18,604 bases of DNA, taken from Candidatus Eiseniibacteriota bacterium (lineage in GTDB: Bacteria > Arandabacterota > Arandabacteria > Arandabacterales > Arandabacteraceae). The notes under the pieces were generated by a model. The model was not told where the DNA came from. It was given only the letters and a program-made list of their open reading frames with translations, and made no database searches. A program made the position numbers and the translations under genes. Position 1 is the stretch's first letter. Each line of letters opens with the position of its first letter. Shown here in pieces: positions 1 to 10,400 of the stretch. The stretch spans positions 1 through 18,604 of the forward strand of contig JBDRNT010000146.1 of the NCBI GenBank assembly GCA_043810925.1, given 5' to 3'.

Positions 1-38
1 GTAACAGGGTGTTCTTTGCCTGTCTAAATTGCTCGCAA

Positions 39-67
39 AAGATAAACCCTTACGGCAACATTGTCAA
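39..67 (-). promoter_or_regulatory. Sigma70-type promoter reading off the left edge of the window
   Basis: On the minus strand: TTGACA (67-62), 17-nt spacer, TATCTT (44-39). Confidence 0.6.
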
Positions 68-130
68 GCTTTTTTCTAAGGAAACCCGGCTGCCACCTGA
101 CCCTCCGGCCCCGCAACGAGATATCTCATG

Positions 131-160
131 TAATTCGGTGCCAGCTTACTAATTAGGGGG
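131..160 (+). repeat. 30-bp direct repeat, left copy (TAATTCGGTGCCAGCTTACTAATTAGGGGG)
   Basis: Identical to 14344-14373. Confidence 0.95.
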
Positions 161-210
161 CACATTATGGAATTGGGCTTCGTAGGACTCCGAGGCGGTA
201 TGACTGAGCT

Positions 211-1059
211 CTACCTGACTCTAATCACTCTGCGCGTCACCGGCTTTCCTTGCCGTTGCAGTTTGAAGAAGTACGTCCCCGGGCCGATCTCGCTCCCGGA
301 GGAGTCACACCCATCCCACATCAAACAGGAGACATCACCAGAGCAGGGCTGATCGACAACCGCGACCAGGCGGCCCAGGACATCGTAGATGCCGACGGTT
401 GCTTCTCCGACATCCCGGCCACCCGGTCCGAAAAGGAGAGGAAGATAAGTTGCTCCAGTGGTTGGATTAGGAAATGGAGAGCCAAGACTGAAGCCCCCCG
501 GATCCCCATGGATGATGCCTGACTGGTCACCCACGCAAATATGTCCGTGCTCAACTTTGAGGGGCTCGATCGGATCGGTTCCGGTGACCGGATCATACAG
601 CCACACTTCAACAAGCCCCACTTCACTTATCCCTTCACCGAGCGCGCGGAACCTTATTCTGAATAGCTCGCCCGGAGTGGTCACGTATGTGCCTCCCGGC
701 ATCACAGTGTCCCACACCTCCCACCTCCCCACGGACTCCACTATGCCGGGTTCAAACCATGTCCACATCGTGTCCGGTACGTTCGCAAACAGCGATCCCT
801 CTATAGCCGGATAGAGAAATTCCACGATCCCAGGATCGAAATGGAAGCTGATAACGTAGCCGCGAAAGTCAATACCGTCACCCTCGACCATGATACCGAC
901 TTCTACTGTATCCCCCAGATTTATAGAACAGATTGCAGGTTCAACATAGACTGTCGCAGTGTCATCTGCGGCACATGGCACGACAAAGCACAACACAAGT
1001 ATTCCTAGCATCCATGTCCGGTTCTTAAGCAACACCGCAGACTTCCTCCTCGCTTCCAT
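211..1059 (-). CDS. Secreted protein: signal peptide, cohesin-like domain, C-terminal FlgD-Ig/T9SS-type sorting domain (282 aa)
   Basis: Hydrophobic leader ending VPCAA. Cohesin-like pattern VYVEP..GDTVEVGI..FRGYVISFHFDPGIVEF..EGSLF..GELFRIRFRALGEGISEVGL..VEHGHICV. Tail PFPNPT..IYDVLGRLV..WDGCDSSGSEIGPGTYFFKL. GGAGG upstream of the ATG; TAG stop. Confidence 0.85.
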   Translation of the reverse strand: MEARRKSAVLLKNRTWMLGILVLCFVVPCAADDTATVYVEPAICSINLGDTVEVGIMVEGDGIDFRGYVISFHFDPGIVEFLYPAIEGSLFANVPDTMWTWFEPGIVESVGRWEVWDTVMPGGTYVTTPGELFRIRFRALGEGISEVGLVEVWLYDPVTGTDPIEPLKVEHGHICVGDQSGIIHGDPGGFSLGSPFPNPTTGATYLPLLFGPGGRDVGEATVGIYDVLGRLVAVVDQPCSGDVSCLMWDGCDSSGSEIGPGTYFFKLQRQGKPVTRRVIRVR

Positions 1060-1075
1060 CGTTTTGTGGAACCTC

Positions 1076-1099
1076 CGGGGGAGCTGTAGAGCTCCCCCG
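1076..1099. other. Intergenic GC-rich stem-loop
   Basis: CGGGGGAGCT-gtag-AGCTCCCCCG: perfect 10-bp stem just downstream of the 1790-aa gene, with no clear U-tract on the minus strand. Confidence 0.7.
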
Positions 1100-1116
1100 A
1101 GAGCCTTCCTTCAACA

Positions 1117-4100
1117 TCAATGTAGCCGTATGAGCTTTGAGGTGGACTCGTAACTGCCTGCACGCATCTTCACGAAGTACACACCGCTGTGTACCGCATG
1201 ACCCGCGCTGTCAAGGCCATCCCACGCCGCACTGTAACGACCAGCAGGCACCACTCCATCCACCAGGGTACACACAAGCCGCCCACGAGCGTCATAGACC
1301 TCAAGCCTTACACGCTGAGACCTGTCCAACTCATAGTGCACCGCCGTTGAGGGTGCGAACGGATTCGGCACTGCGCCAAGGAGCCGTGTTATCGATGGCA
1401 CCTTCGTACCAGCAGTAAGATCCTCCGTCACCACATCCACCGGCTTGTTGTCCACGCCTCTAAGGTCAAGATCCGCAAAGGTGATTTCCACAGCCGCATC
1501 GCCCTTGACCACGAACCGCAACTCGGCCAACTCGCCTGAGCCATGAATAGCCTCTGAAGTACCAAGCATCGCTACATCAAGCCACACCTCGCCGGGCTTC
1601 ATCTCACGACTCGTAAAGAAGATCCAGTTGCCCGCACTGGCAAGGGCCACGCTACGGGTCGCATCCTTAAACTCCAGGCTACCCGCATCGTAACGAAGTA
1701 CTGCGCTCACGCCCTTGACCTCGCTGCGATTGCCACTGAGAACGAGACTCACCGCATACTCCTCACCGGCCACTGCCTCGCTCGATGACTCAAGCGCCAG
1801 CCGCAACTGGCCGTCACCAATGTCCTCAAACACCGGCGGACAACCCAGTGGGGTCACCACTCCGTAGTTCATCGCGAAGATCATCAGATCTTCAAAGTCG
1901 ATGTAGTCATCAGGAAGCGGAAGTCCCAGACGGCTGTTGTCGTCCGTGGGACCCACGTCGCTCTGATTGTGTGGCGCTATGGGCGGACTGCCAGGACTGT
2001 AGAGCCAGTAGCCCGCACTAAGGGCTATCATGTCATGGCCGTCCACAGAGCCATCATAGCCGCCACCACCGGCTTTCGTTACATCGCCAAGCCAGTAGTT
2101 CGTGGCTCGATCGCCCTGGGCAAACCCGGCAGGCACATCACCAACGGGTGCCGTCCCACCCTCGTAGTTACTCGCACAGTCATATGTGAACGCGCGGTAG
2201 AAGTAGATCGAGCGGTCATCGCTGGCGAAGGTATCATCATGACTCGTACCCGTGCCGCTATACACTGCTACACCGTCACCAGGACCCACAGGATACCCAT
2301 CCGCAGGCTGCGGGTACTCAGGATAGTCATAAGGCACTACTCCGTCCCACGGCTTCCGTACCACTACCACATGATCGAAGTCACTGCCGGGATTCGTCCA
2401 ACTCAGGTGCACCTTCTTGTGACCCGGAGATGCAGCAAAGTCCGTAACAGGTGGTGGATCCGTCACATCCTTGATGAAGGTCCAGGATACTGTCGCACTA
2501 ATGTTACCGATATCATCGGTGCAGTAGAACTCCACCTGATGCGACGTCTCGCTCATGCCCGCAAAGCCGGGCAGCGTCCACGCCGCATTACTCCACGCGG
2601 CACCGGCATAGTCCGTGAAAAGACCCACATCCGATGTCCAGGCTCCGCCGTCCACACGGTAGAACGCATCGTCAAGGTCGTCACAGGCATCGCTCGCACC
2701 AAGATCCAGCACCGGCGCAGTGTTATAGCACTCACCATCGGGCCAGGGACCATTGATCACAAACACCGGTTTCTCCAGGTCTACTACAAGCAGCCCGTCA
2801 TCCTCAAAGAAGCCGCCTAACGGGTTGTTGTCCTTGTCACGTATCTTGATCACTTCAAGGTCTATGTCGCTCTCACCACAGGCAACACCGGTAAACTCGA
2901 TGGTGAACATCACACCCGGGCCCGTTACCCCTGGCTGAGCACCTAAGAGCGCATAGTCCACCGTGATCTCATTCGCACCGCTCGGCACGGCGAAGAACTG
3001 GGTCAGACCCATATCACTCAGGAGAGGACCCTGGTTCACCTTGCCAACTGCCGTGCTTACCTTGCTACCATCCCAACTGAACTTAAGCGAGTAGCCGTAC
3101 ATAAGACCGCCGCCGCCACCAAGGTACTTCACTTCCACTATCTTCGCGGGGTCAGCGTTCGTCAGGTACTCGGGATCCGGATTGCATACTATGTTGCCAG
3201 TGAACCACGGGACAAATAGCACATAGTTGCCAACGGAATTGCCAGTGCCGCCGGGGTTGGAGCTGTGGTTGGGACCGCTTGCATGGCCCCACCAGTTTTG
3301 AGTTGCATCAACATCTTCGGCCAGATAGTTGTAAAAGCCCATGCTCGCGTTGTTTGAAATGCTGTTGTAGTTGAAATTCAGCAAGCCCGGGTACCCATCA
3401 TAAAGTGCAACACCATAGTTGTTCCCATCAAAGATGTTCTGGGCAACGTCGATGTTCTTAGGGTCAAAGGCCGTATTTGGAGTTCCCTCGTAGGAGCCGT
3501 CACCATAGTTGCTCAGGAAGATGCCGTATGAGTTCCCCAGGAGTCGATTGTGCTCAATATGGAGGTCCCAGCACCCGTCTATCCACATACCGCTCATGGC
3601 ATTATCATGGATGTGGTTGTCATGGATCTCGAGCGGATTTGAGTCATATGTCCGCATCGACTGCAGCGTAATCGACGCCCCTGAGGTATTGTAGATCTCG
3701 TTCCCGCTTATCTCCAACCCGGTAAAATTCAGGAGAGAATCGGCCAGGTCGGGATCGTATATGCCTAAAGGATCACCCGGATCGTATCTCTCGGTCTCGG
3801 TGCCAACATAAATGCCAAAGCCCCAGGCACCATTACTGAGATCATAGATGGTATTATCCAGAAGATTGAGATCCGTGTAGCCCCTGCTGGCGTCGTACTC
3901 AGACTTGTCAAGCCAGACCAGAATGCCCTGAGCACAATCATGGATGGTCATTCCCTGAACCGTGACATCACTGGCGGCAATATCGATGCCGACACCTGAT
4001 CCAGGGGCGATTTCGGGATCTGATGCAGCAGTGAGGGTCAAGGCCTTAGCAATGGTGACATTCTCAACATATGTCCCGGTCGTTGCTTTAACGATGTCAC

Positions 4101-6489
4101 CAGGTGAGGCTGCGTCGACTCCCTCTTGTATTGTCGAACCATTGGAGGTATTCACATACCAGGTCCAGGGAGATGCGTGCGCATCACCCACATAGTCGGC
4201 ACCCCACCAAGGCGAGTAGTCAGCATCATCGCTGACTTCGTCACCCGTTGCACTTGTATTCGTGGTCGCGTGCTCAGGCCCGCTCGCATCACCCCACCAG
4301 TTCTGTGTTGCATCCACAATCTGGGTAGCATCAGCATTTTCAAGTCCGCAAGCCAGATTGTTGGTGATGCTATTCGAATTGATGCTGGAGTTCAGGAAGC
4401 CGCTATTGGGATACCCGGCGCGTGCCGGAATGTATATGCCGTTTCCGCCGGCTCCCGTATGATCAGCAATCGTGTTCTGGATAATCACATTGTCTGTGGT
4501 GGAGTACCAGGTATAGGACGGATCACCTTGTCCCCACAGGTACAGGCCACCCAGCGCATTCCCTGTGATCGTATTGCCGTCAAGCGTGTTGTTGTTCCCG
4601 TCCTGGAACAGAAATCCATACTTGTATCTATCGCTGGTGCCACTGAAGCCATTGTCGTAGATGTTGTTTCCAGTGAAGGTGTTGTGGTGATTGAAGCTGG
4701 TCAGTTTCACACCGTTTCGCCCGTTGTCGAAGATCTCATTGTCCTCCACTGCTGTGTATTCGCACGGGATTTCGGTGTAGGGCATGCTGGCAACCAGTTG
4801 GATCCCGTATTTTGAGTTACCCGACAGGGTGTCCGACTTGACGACGTTGTTGTTGCCTGAATTTACATAAATCCCGTAGTCGGTGTTTCCGCCGACAAAG
4901 TTTGCTTCAATGAGCACGTTCTTCGGCCGGCGCCATTCGTCCCAGGTTCCCCAAGGCCCGGAATAGCTCGGATATTGATCCTCATAGGTGAGAGATATGC
5001 CGGCACCACCGGCGTTGTTCAGAATAGTGCAATGTTTGACGAGCACATTACCAGGTGCACCTCCATCCCCCGCTGCCGAGATGAAGACACCAAGCCCATA
5101 GTTGCCCTCAATGACGTTGTCCTCGATGGTAATTCCGGTGAGGGCCGAGACACCATCGTTGCCGTTTATCACTATCCCGCCGTAGGGGTCGAAGACGGTC
5201 CCACCATTGGAGTATCCGCCAGTCACCTTGAACCCCGTCACCGTTACATCAGAAGAAGTGATGGTGACAGCATTTCCGGTGTTGGTTCCGTCAACGATGG
5301 TCGTGGCCGCGCCAGCACCGCTTAGAGTCAAGGCCAGCGTGATTTCCACATGTTCCTCATAGAGTCCTGCAGCGCACTCAAGGGTATTGCCGGGATCAGC
5401 ATCGCCGACCCCAGCCTGAATGGTGCCGTAGTAGGTACCCTTGGTGACATTGCGAACAGGAGGTGGCGGGGGAGGTGTCAGGGTTGCATAGCCCAGAGCC
5501 TTGCCGCCATCGACTCCGAAGTCGCCATCATACATTATGACCCAGTCATCATCTGGATCAGAGTTGGGGACAACCCAGCATTCTCTGATATCCCGTTCCG
5601 GCGTACTGACGAGAACCGGCGTTGCCGAAACGGTCGGCAGACCCGTGCTGCCATCGTCCCACGTCCAGTTGGCCGGATTTATGAATGCGGCCTCTATACC
5701 TGCGGCTCCCAAGCTGGGCTTGGCCGCGGTGTTTATAGCAAGATAGTATCCACTATCGTTCCCTCTCACATGGATCTTGCCGTATCCCCGATCGTAGCCC
5801 AGAACCACGAAACTCCCCCTCGGGGTTGGGGATTCCGGCATCTGGAGTGGGCCATCTCCGGCCTGAGTGCCGCCCACGCTCGCGAAGGCTTCCCACACAT
5901 CGTCACCTTCATCACTGCGCACAAGCATGGTCTGCCCCTGATTCGACTCGGCAAAGGCATAGTAGGTCCCATTGAGTTCGATAACGTCATGGAACCCGTA
6001 GTACACCCAGCCTCTTGCACCTGCGAAATCACCATGGTTCGGGATCTGGAAGGTAGATACGAGGGTCCAGGTGGTAAGATCGTTCGAAACGTAGAAGTGG
6101 TGATCCAGATTGTTGCCTACAGATCCCCAAGCCCGATAAGCGTAAGATGTCATGCCGATAGTGATCGGCCAGTCTTTGATGCAGAAGTGAGTATCCGAAA
6201 TGTTTGTTGCTGTATTCGCTGCAGCGAATCCGGTCGGCCCGGTTGTCGTCATGTTGTATGAGATCTGATTGGCGGCATCACGATCTTCAAAAAAGACCTT
6301 GAAGACATCATCAATGCCGAAACCACTTACATACCGGGGTTGGTAGGAAGCAGGGGTCGGATTCGGAAGGGGTGCGGTTGATGTTTGATCAGTGACGCTG
6401 AACGGGCCGAAGGTGCCAGCCCACACACCGCCCGCAGCAAACATCAGCACTGCAATCAGTACTGGAATGGTTGTTACTCTGCATTTCAT
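1117..6489 (-). CDS. Giant secreted multidomain protein (1790 aa): unassigned N-terminal domain, poly-Pro linker, two right-handed beta-helices, cohesin-like, Ig, FN3, dockerin-like, cohesin-like, FlgD-Ig tail
   Basis: RBS GGAAAGGAG; signal peptide ending GVWA. Two TIQxxVxxAxPG caps followed by Asn-ladder repeats, each ending ATQNWWGxASGP (nt ~5460-4200 and ~4140-3210). Cohesin-like ~3195-2780 and ~1800-1420. FN3 VHLSWTNP..YFYRAFTYD. Dockerin-like LGDVT..DGSVDGHDM / DDYIDFEDLMIFAMNYG (~2097-1861). Tail PNPF..YDARGRLV..WDGLDSAG..SGVYFVKM. Confidence 0.9.
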   Translation of the reverse strand: MKCRVTTIPVLIAVLMFAAGGVWAGTFGPFSVTDQTSTAPLPNPTPASYQPRYVSGFGIDDVFKVFFEDRDAANQISYNMTTTGPTGFAAANTATNISDTHFCIKDWPITIGMTSYAYRAWGSVGNNLDHHFYVSNDLTTWTLVSTFQIPNHGDFAGARGWVYYGFHDVIELNGTYYAFAESNQGQTMLVRSDEGDDVWEAFASVGGTQAGDGPLQMPESPTPRGSFVVLGYDRGYGKIHVRGNDSGYYLAINTAAKPSLGAAGIEAAFINPANWTWDDGSTGLPTVSATPVLVSTPERDIRECWVVPNSDPDDDWVIMYDGDFGVDGGKALGYATLTPPPPPPVRNVTKGTYYGTIQAGVGDADPGNTLECAAGLYEEHVEITLALTLSGAGAATTIVDGTNTGNAVTITSSDVTVTGFKVTGGYSNGGTVFDPYGGIVINGNDGVSALTGITIEDNVIEGNYGLGVFISAAGDGGAPGNVLVKHCTILNNAGGAGISLTYEDQYPSYSGPWGTWDEWRRPKNVLIEANFVGGNTDYGIYVNSGNNNVVKSDTLSGNSKYGIQLVASMPYTEIPCEYTAVEDNEIFDNGRNGVKLTSFNHHNTFTGNNIYDNGFSGTSDRYKYGFLFQDGNNNTLDGNTITGNALGGLYLWGQGDPSYTWYSTTDNVIIQNTIADHTGAGGNGIYIPARAGYPNSGFLNSSINSNSITNNLACGLENADATQIVDATQNWWGDASGPEHATTNTSATGDEVSDDADYSPWWGADYVGDAHASPWTWYVNTSNGSTIQEGVDAASPGDIVKATTGTYVENVTIAKALTLTAASDPEIAPGSGVGIDIAASDVTVQGMTIHDCAQGILVWLDKSEYDASRGYTDLNLLDNTIYDLSNGAWGFGIYVGTETERYDPGDPLGIYDPDLADSLLNFTGLEISGNEIYNTSGASITLQSMRTYDSNPLEIHDNHIHDNAMSGMWIDGCWDLHIEHNRLLGNSYGIFLSNYGDGSYEGTPNTAFDPKNIDVAQNIFDGNNYGVALYDGYPGLLNFNYNSISNNASMGFYNYLAEDVDATQNWWGHASGPNHSSNPGGTGNSVGNYVLFVPWFTGNIVCNPDPEYLTNADPAKIVEVKYLGGGGGLMYGYSLKFSWDGSKVSTAVGKVNQGPLLSDMGLTQFFAVPSGANEITVDYALLGAQPGVTGPGVMFTIEFTGVACGESDIDLEVIKIRDKDNNPLGGFFEDDGLLVVDLEKPVFVINGPWPDGECYNTAPVLDLGASDACDDLDDAFYRVDGGAWTSDVGLFTDYAGAAWSNAAWTLPGFAGMSETSHQVEFYCTDDIGNISATVSWTFIKDVTDPPPVTDFAASPGHKKVHLSWTNPGSDFDHVVVVRKPWDGVVPYDYPEYPQPADGYPVGPGDGVAVYSGTGTSHDDTFASDDRSIYFYRAFTYDCASNYEGGTAPVGDVPAGFAQGDRATNYWLGDVTKAGGGGYDGSVDGHDMIALSAGYWLYSPGSPPIAPHNQSDVGPTDDNSRLGLPLPDDYIDFEDLMIFAMNYGVVTPLGCPPVFEDIGDGQLRLALESSSEAVAGEEYAVSLVLSGNRSEVKGVSAVLRYDAGSLEFKDATRSVALASAGNWIFFTSREMKPGEVWLDVAMLGTSEAIHGSGELAELRFVVKGDAAVEITFADLDLRGVDNKPVDVVTEDLTAGTKVPSITRLLGAVPNPFAPSTAVHYELDRSQRVRLEVYDARGRLVCTLVDGVVPAGRYSAAWDGLDSAGHAVHSGVYFVKMRAGSYESTSKLIRLH

Positions 6490-6518
6490 GATTTAAGGCT
6501 CCTTTCCTGCAGTCTGCA

Positions 6519-7364
6519 CTACTCGAGTTTCATTATCTTATGTGTGGTCACCCTCCCGTTGACAGGAAGCCGGCAGAAGTAAATCCCCGAAGCAACCTGA
6601 CCGTTCCTGCTGTCAGTACCATCCCAAATAGCGCTGTGCTCGCCGGTGGAGAGGCTCGCCGGTATGCTTCTGACCAGGCAACCTCGGCAGTCATAGATCT
6701 TGAGATCAGCGTCGTCAGAGTCCGTTGGTGTCCCCGCACTGAAAGCTCGAATACGATAGGTCAGTGTAATCTCGCGCGTGAACGGATTAGGACGACATGA
6801 AAACGAAGTCAACCATGCACTCGGGGGGTCGTACTCCCTATCGGTAGTGATAGACGCCGCTCCAACATACACAATGCCGTCCTCCACGGAATCAAGCGGG
6901 ATTCTGTTACGGTCGCAGTCGTCAACCCATACCCCGGGGTTTCCGAAGGAAGTGTCGAACTGCACGGGCGACGTGCCCTCACCCGTCACGACGTACCTGA
7001 TAACCACAAGATCCCCGGCGGCCACGCATGTGTGGGTACCAAGACAGGCACAGCACGCGGAGAAAATACCCGGTTCGCCCGTGAGCCCGCACTCCATACA
7101 CTGGGACCCGGACGGGCATTCTCCGAGGATTTCGGTAGTGCAATCCAGATAAGTCAGGACCGCCTCGTCGGTATAGACCCGCGCGTAGTACCACCCGACA
7201 GAATCCTGCCCGGTGGTGTTCACGGCCACGTCGACTGTGTCACCAAGTTCTGCGCAGGTCACAGGCGGCTGGATCGATACAGTAAGCGAAGCAGCACCCG
7301 GGGAGATACTCCCGAGCATGAACACAGCTGCTACCCAGCCAGCCTTAAGCAAAGTCCGCTTCAT
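6519..7364 (-). CDS. Secreted Cys-rich cohesin-like protein with FlgD-Ig tail (281 aa; start re-called to MKRTLL)
   Basis: ATG at 7364 follows GAAAGGTGG and begins a signal peptide. Cohesin-like pattern VSIQP..GDTVDVAV..AAGDLVVIRYVVTGEGTSPVQF..VEDGIVYV. Tail PNPF..IYDCRGCLVRS..WDGTDSRNGQVASGIYFCRL. Paralogous in layout to 211..1059. Confidence 0.85.
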   Translation of the reverse strand: MKRTLLKAGWVAAVFMLGSISPGAASLTVSIQPPVTCAELGDTVDVAVNTTGQDSVGWYYARVYTDEAVLTYLDCTTEILGECPSGSQCMECGLTGEPGIFSACCACLGTHTCVAAGDLVVIRYVVTGEGTSPVQFDTSFGNPGVWVDDCDRNRIPLDSVEDGIVYVGAASITTDREYDPPSAWLTSFSCRPNPFTREITLTYRIRAFSAGTPTDSDDADLKIYDCRGCLVRSIPASLSTGEHSAIWDGTDSRNGQVASGIYFCRLPVNGRVTTHKIMKLE

Positions 7365-7400
7365 ACGGCCGCCACCTTTCTGAGCGGGCGGTAAGAGTGC

Positions 7401-7436
7401 CCGGCGGGGAGAAGCACGCGGACTCCCCCCCACCGG
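7401..7436. other. Intergenic imperfect GC-rich stem-loop
   Basis: CCGGCGGGGAG...CTCCCCCCCACCGG just downstream of the 1494-aa gene; its GGGGAG/CTCCCC core resembles the hairpin at 1076-1099. Confidence 0.5.
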
Positions 7437-7445
7437 AAACCTGTG

Positions 7446-10400
7446 CTAGCGGCTAATCATCATCTTGTGAGTAGTAGCGAAACTCTCGCTCTTGAGCTCA
7501 CAGAAGTAGATACCTGCCGCTACCACCCGTCCTTGGTTATCGCGTCCGTTCCACTCCGTACTATGTGTGCCGGGTTCCTTGACCCCGCTAACCAGAGTAC
7601 GGACTGCCTGGCCCTGGATGTTGTAGATGGTCAGCATTACACTGGCCGTTCTCGGAACATCGTAGTGAATGACCGTAGCCTGCGAGAACGGATTCGGCGT
7701 GTTGCCCTTAAGAGCAAAGGTCTCAGGAGCAGTTGTCTTGAACTCGCCTCCACCTTCAAAGCCTACAGTCAGATTGCCGTTAGCGGCATCCCTGGCATCG
7801 ATACTCTTGATCGACACCGAAGAGGCACCGCCGTCATTCTTGACGAACGTGAGCACGGCAACCGGCCCGTTACCTCCGATAACGACATCCCCACCGAGAA
7901 CGGCAAAGTCGATCTTCACTGTGCTTTCGATTTCGTCACCCATGAAGAGAACCTGTGAGTCCCCGGACAGCAGTGCCTCGGTGGCGTTCACCGATGCAAG
8001 GCTAAGGCCCTCGTGATCGTAAGCGATCTCCGAACTCAGGCCCTTGAAGCCCTGATTGCCTTCGACCACAAGTGCAAGCTGCAGCGTGGCATCAGTCTCA
8101 GAGATCTCACGCAGCGCAACCCTGTAGTCTGCCGCTTCTTCAGCGAGGCCGTCGTCAAACAGACTTACACCGACGACCAGCTCGCCGGGGGTAGCCGCAA
8201 GGGGTGGCGGTACCGGCGCGACATTGCCGTAGTTCATGGCAAAGATCATGAGGTCCTCGAACCCGATGTAATCATCGGGCACGGGAATCCCGAACCGGCC
8301 ACGGACAGGCTCAATCGTCGGCCCGAAATCTGCCTCGTTGCAGCTGGGAGCAGGTGAAGTCTGCCAGTAGCATCCGGAGAACGGGCTGAAGTCGAACGCG
8401 TCAACCGAACCGTCGTAGTTCGGCAGCCACGACGCGCTCATTGAAGCCAGATCACCGAGGTAGTAGGAGGTTGAACGATCATGGTCGCTCTCATAGGGAG
8501 CGGTCGGATCTGCGTAGTTGCCTGCACAGTCATATACAACACCGCGGTACGCATAGATACCGCGCGTTGTGTTGGTGAAGGATGCATCTACATAGGTCAC
8601 AACGACCCCGACGTCCTGTACGTCATCGTAGCTCCCGACAGTCGGGTAGCCAGGATCTCCTCCCGGGGCGTACTCGGGATAGTCAATGTTCCAGTCGTTC
8701 CTGTAGATGTAGATCCTGTCAACATCGGTCGCTGGATTGGTCCAGTTCATCGTGATCTTGTTATGCCCGACCGTTGTTGTGAAGCCTGTGACAGGACCGG
8801 GCTTGACCGTGTCCTTAGTGAAGGTAACCGAATCGAGCGCGCTCTCGTTGCCTGCATCATCCGTGGCCTTGAAATAGTAGGTGTACGTCCCATCAACCAG
8901 AAGGGCGTAGCCGGGAAGCGGCTCGTCGGTCGTGGCGTAGCTGGTTCCCAAAAGGTCACAGATGAGGTTCTCCCAGGATCCGGTGTCGATCTTGTACTTG
9001 ATACAGTTCAGATCGTAGTCATCCGTAGCCGTAATGTCGACCGTGGGAACATTGGTCTCGTTGTAGCAAGTCCACGGGCTCGGCGGTGCGTCCAGCGACA
9101 CCGTGATTGAGGGATCATCACAGTCGATCACCACAGTCGCACCGGTCCAGGTACCCGGCAGTGTCTCATTGACACTGTTACGCAGCTCGGTATCCGAGAA
9201 CGTAAGCGAAGTCGATCCCGGGATTGTGGATGCAATCGCCGTGAAGGTGATCTCTGCAATCTCGCCAGGGCCGTCGACACCGGTCGAGAGGTGAGCCGAG
9301 TTCACGTGAATGGAGCCGGCACCAGGCTGGCATGCGAAGAAGTAGTCACCCGGCCCCGTATTGAGCAGATCTCCGACTACGGCGTTGTCGAAAGTAAGCT
9401 TCGTGTTGTCATAGTTGAGCTTGTAGTCCGCACCCATGAGATCGAGTGCGAATTCATCAACCATTACATGGAAGACGACAGTCTCCCCGCATTCGAGCAG
9501 CGCGTCGGCCGGTTCAAGGGTTACACCGATGGAGAGCGGACAACCATCGACGCTGCCTGCGAGACCCGGGACATTGTACTGGGTGGGATACCCACCGTTG
9601 AGCAAGAAGTCATCCCAGTAGTTGCCCGGACAGGAGCTGTTAAACTGGTTCGGCCCGCTTGCGTCGTCCTCAGCGTTCTGCCCGTTTCCATAGAACTTGT
9701 TGCCGACGCACACTAGGTTGTCACACTCGTTGTAGAGTCCCGTGGTGACATTGCCATGGATCTCGTTGGCGGTCACCGTCATGGTGATGGCACCGCTGGC
9801 CGAGTTCCCGATTCCGTAGTCGTTGTCGTAGATGTCGCAATCGTTCACGGTGACGGTCGAAGCATCACTGGCATCATACCCCACAACCACACCGTAGGCG
9901 TTGTTGTGCAGGCTGCAGCCGTCAATGACCGCGATCGATGGACTACCGTAGTACTCGCTGACAAGGATGCCGCCGGAGACCGAACCATCCGACACCGCCG
10001 TACCCGAGCAGTTCGTGAACACGCAGCCGTCCTCAATCTCGGCAGAACCGCCGCCGCCGACTTCGACACCGTAGTCGAGTGAATCACCGTCACCCTTTCC
10101 GGTGAAGGTGCAGTTCTGGATGTACGCCTTATCGACACCGAATATGCTCACGTGGACACGCTGGATATTCGAGAACGTACAGTCCTTGACGTAGAACTCC
10201 GGCAAAACATCCAGAGGGGAACCACCGCTGTAGGCCGTATAGTCTACAAGGACAACACCAAGGCCAGTGTAATGGTTCCAGTAGATGTTCGATAAGTCGC
10301 AGTTCTCGACCGTGCCGGTCGGGCCCGACTGGTAACGGATGCAGTTCTCGATCAGCTGGCCCGAGCCGTCGAATACCAGGTTCTTCAGATCGACAACCAC

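Noticed and set aside
131-160. 30-bp repeat as a CRISPR repeat
   Set aside because: Only two copies, 14 kb apart, with no spacers and no cas genes.
167-352. 61-aa plus-strand ORF after the left repeat; also 18026..18229 and the ORFs antisense to the 660-aa gene
   Set aside because: All overlap better-supported genes on the opposite strand or in another frame and have no recognisable features.
7026-7142. c-type heme-binding site in the Cys-rich segment
   Set aside because: CMEC is followed by G and CCAC by L, so there is no CxxCH.
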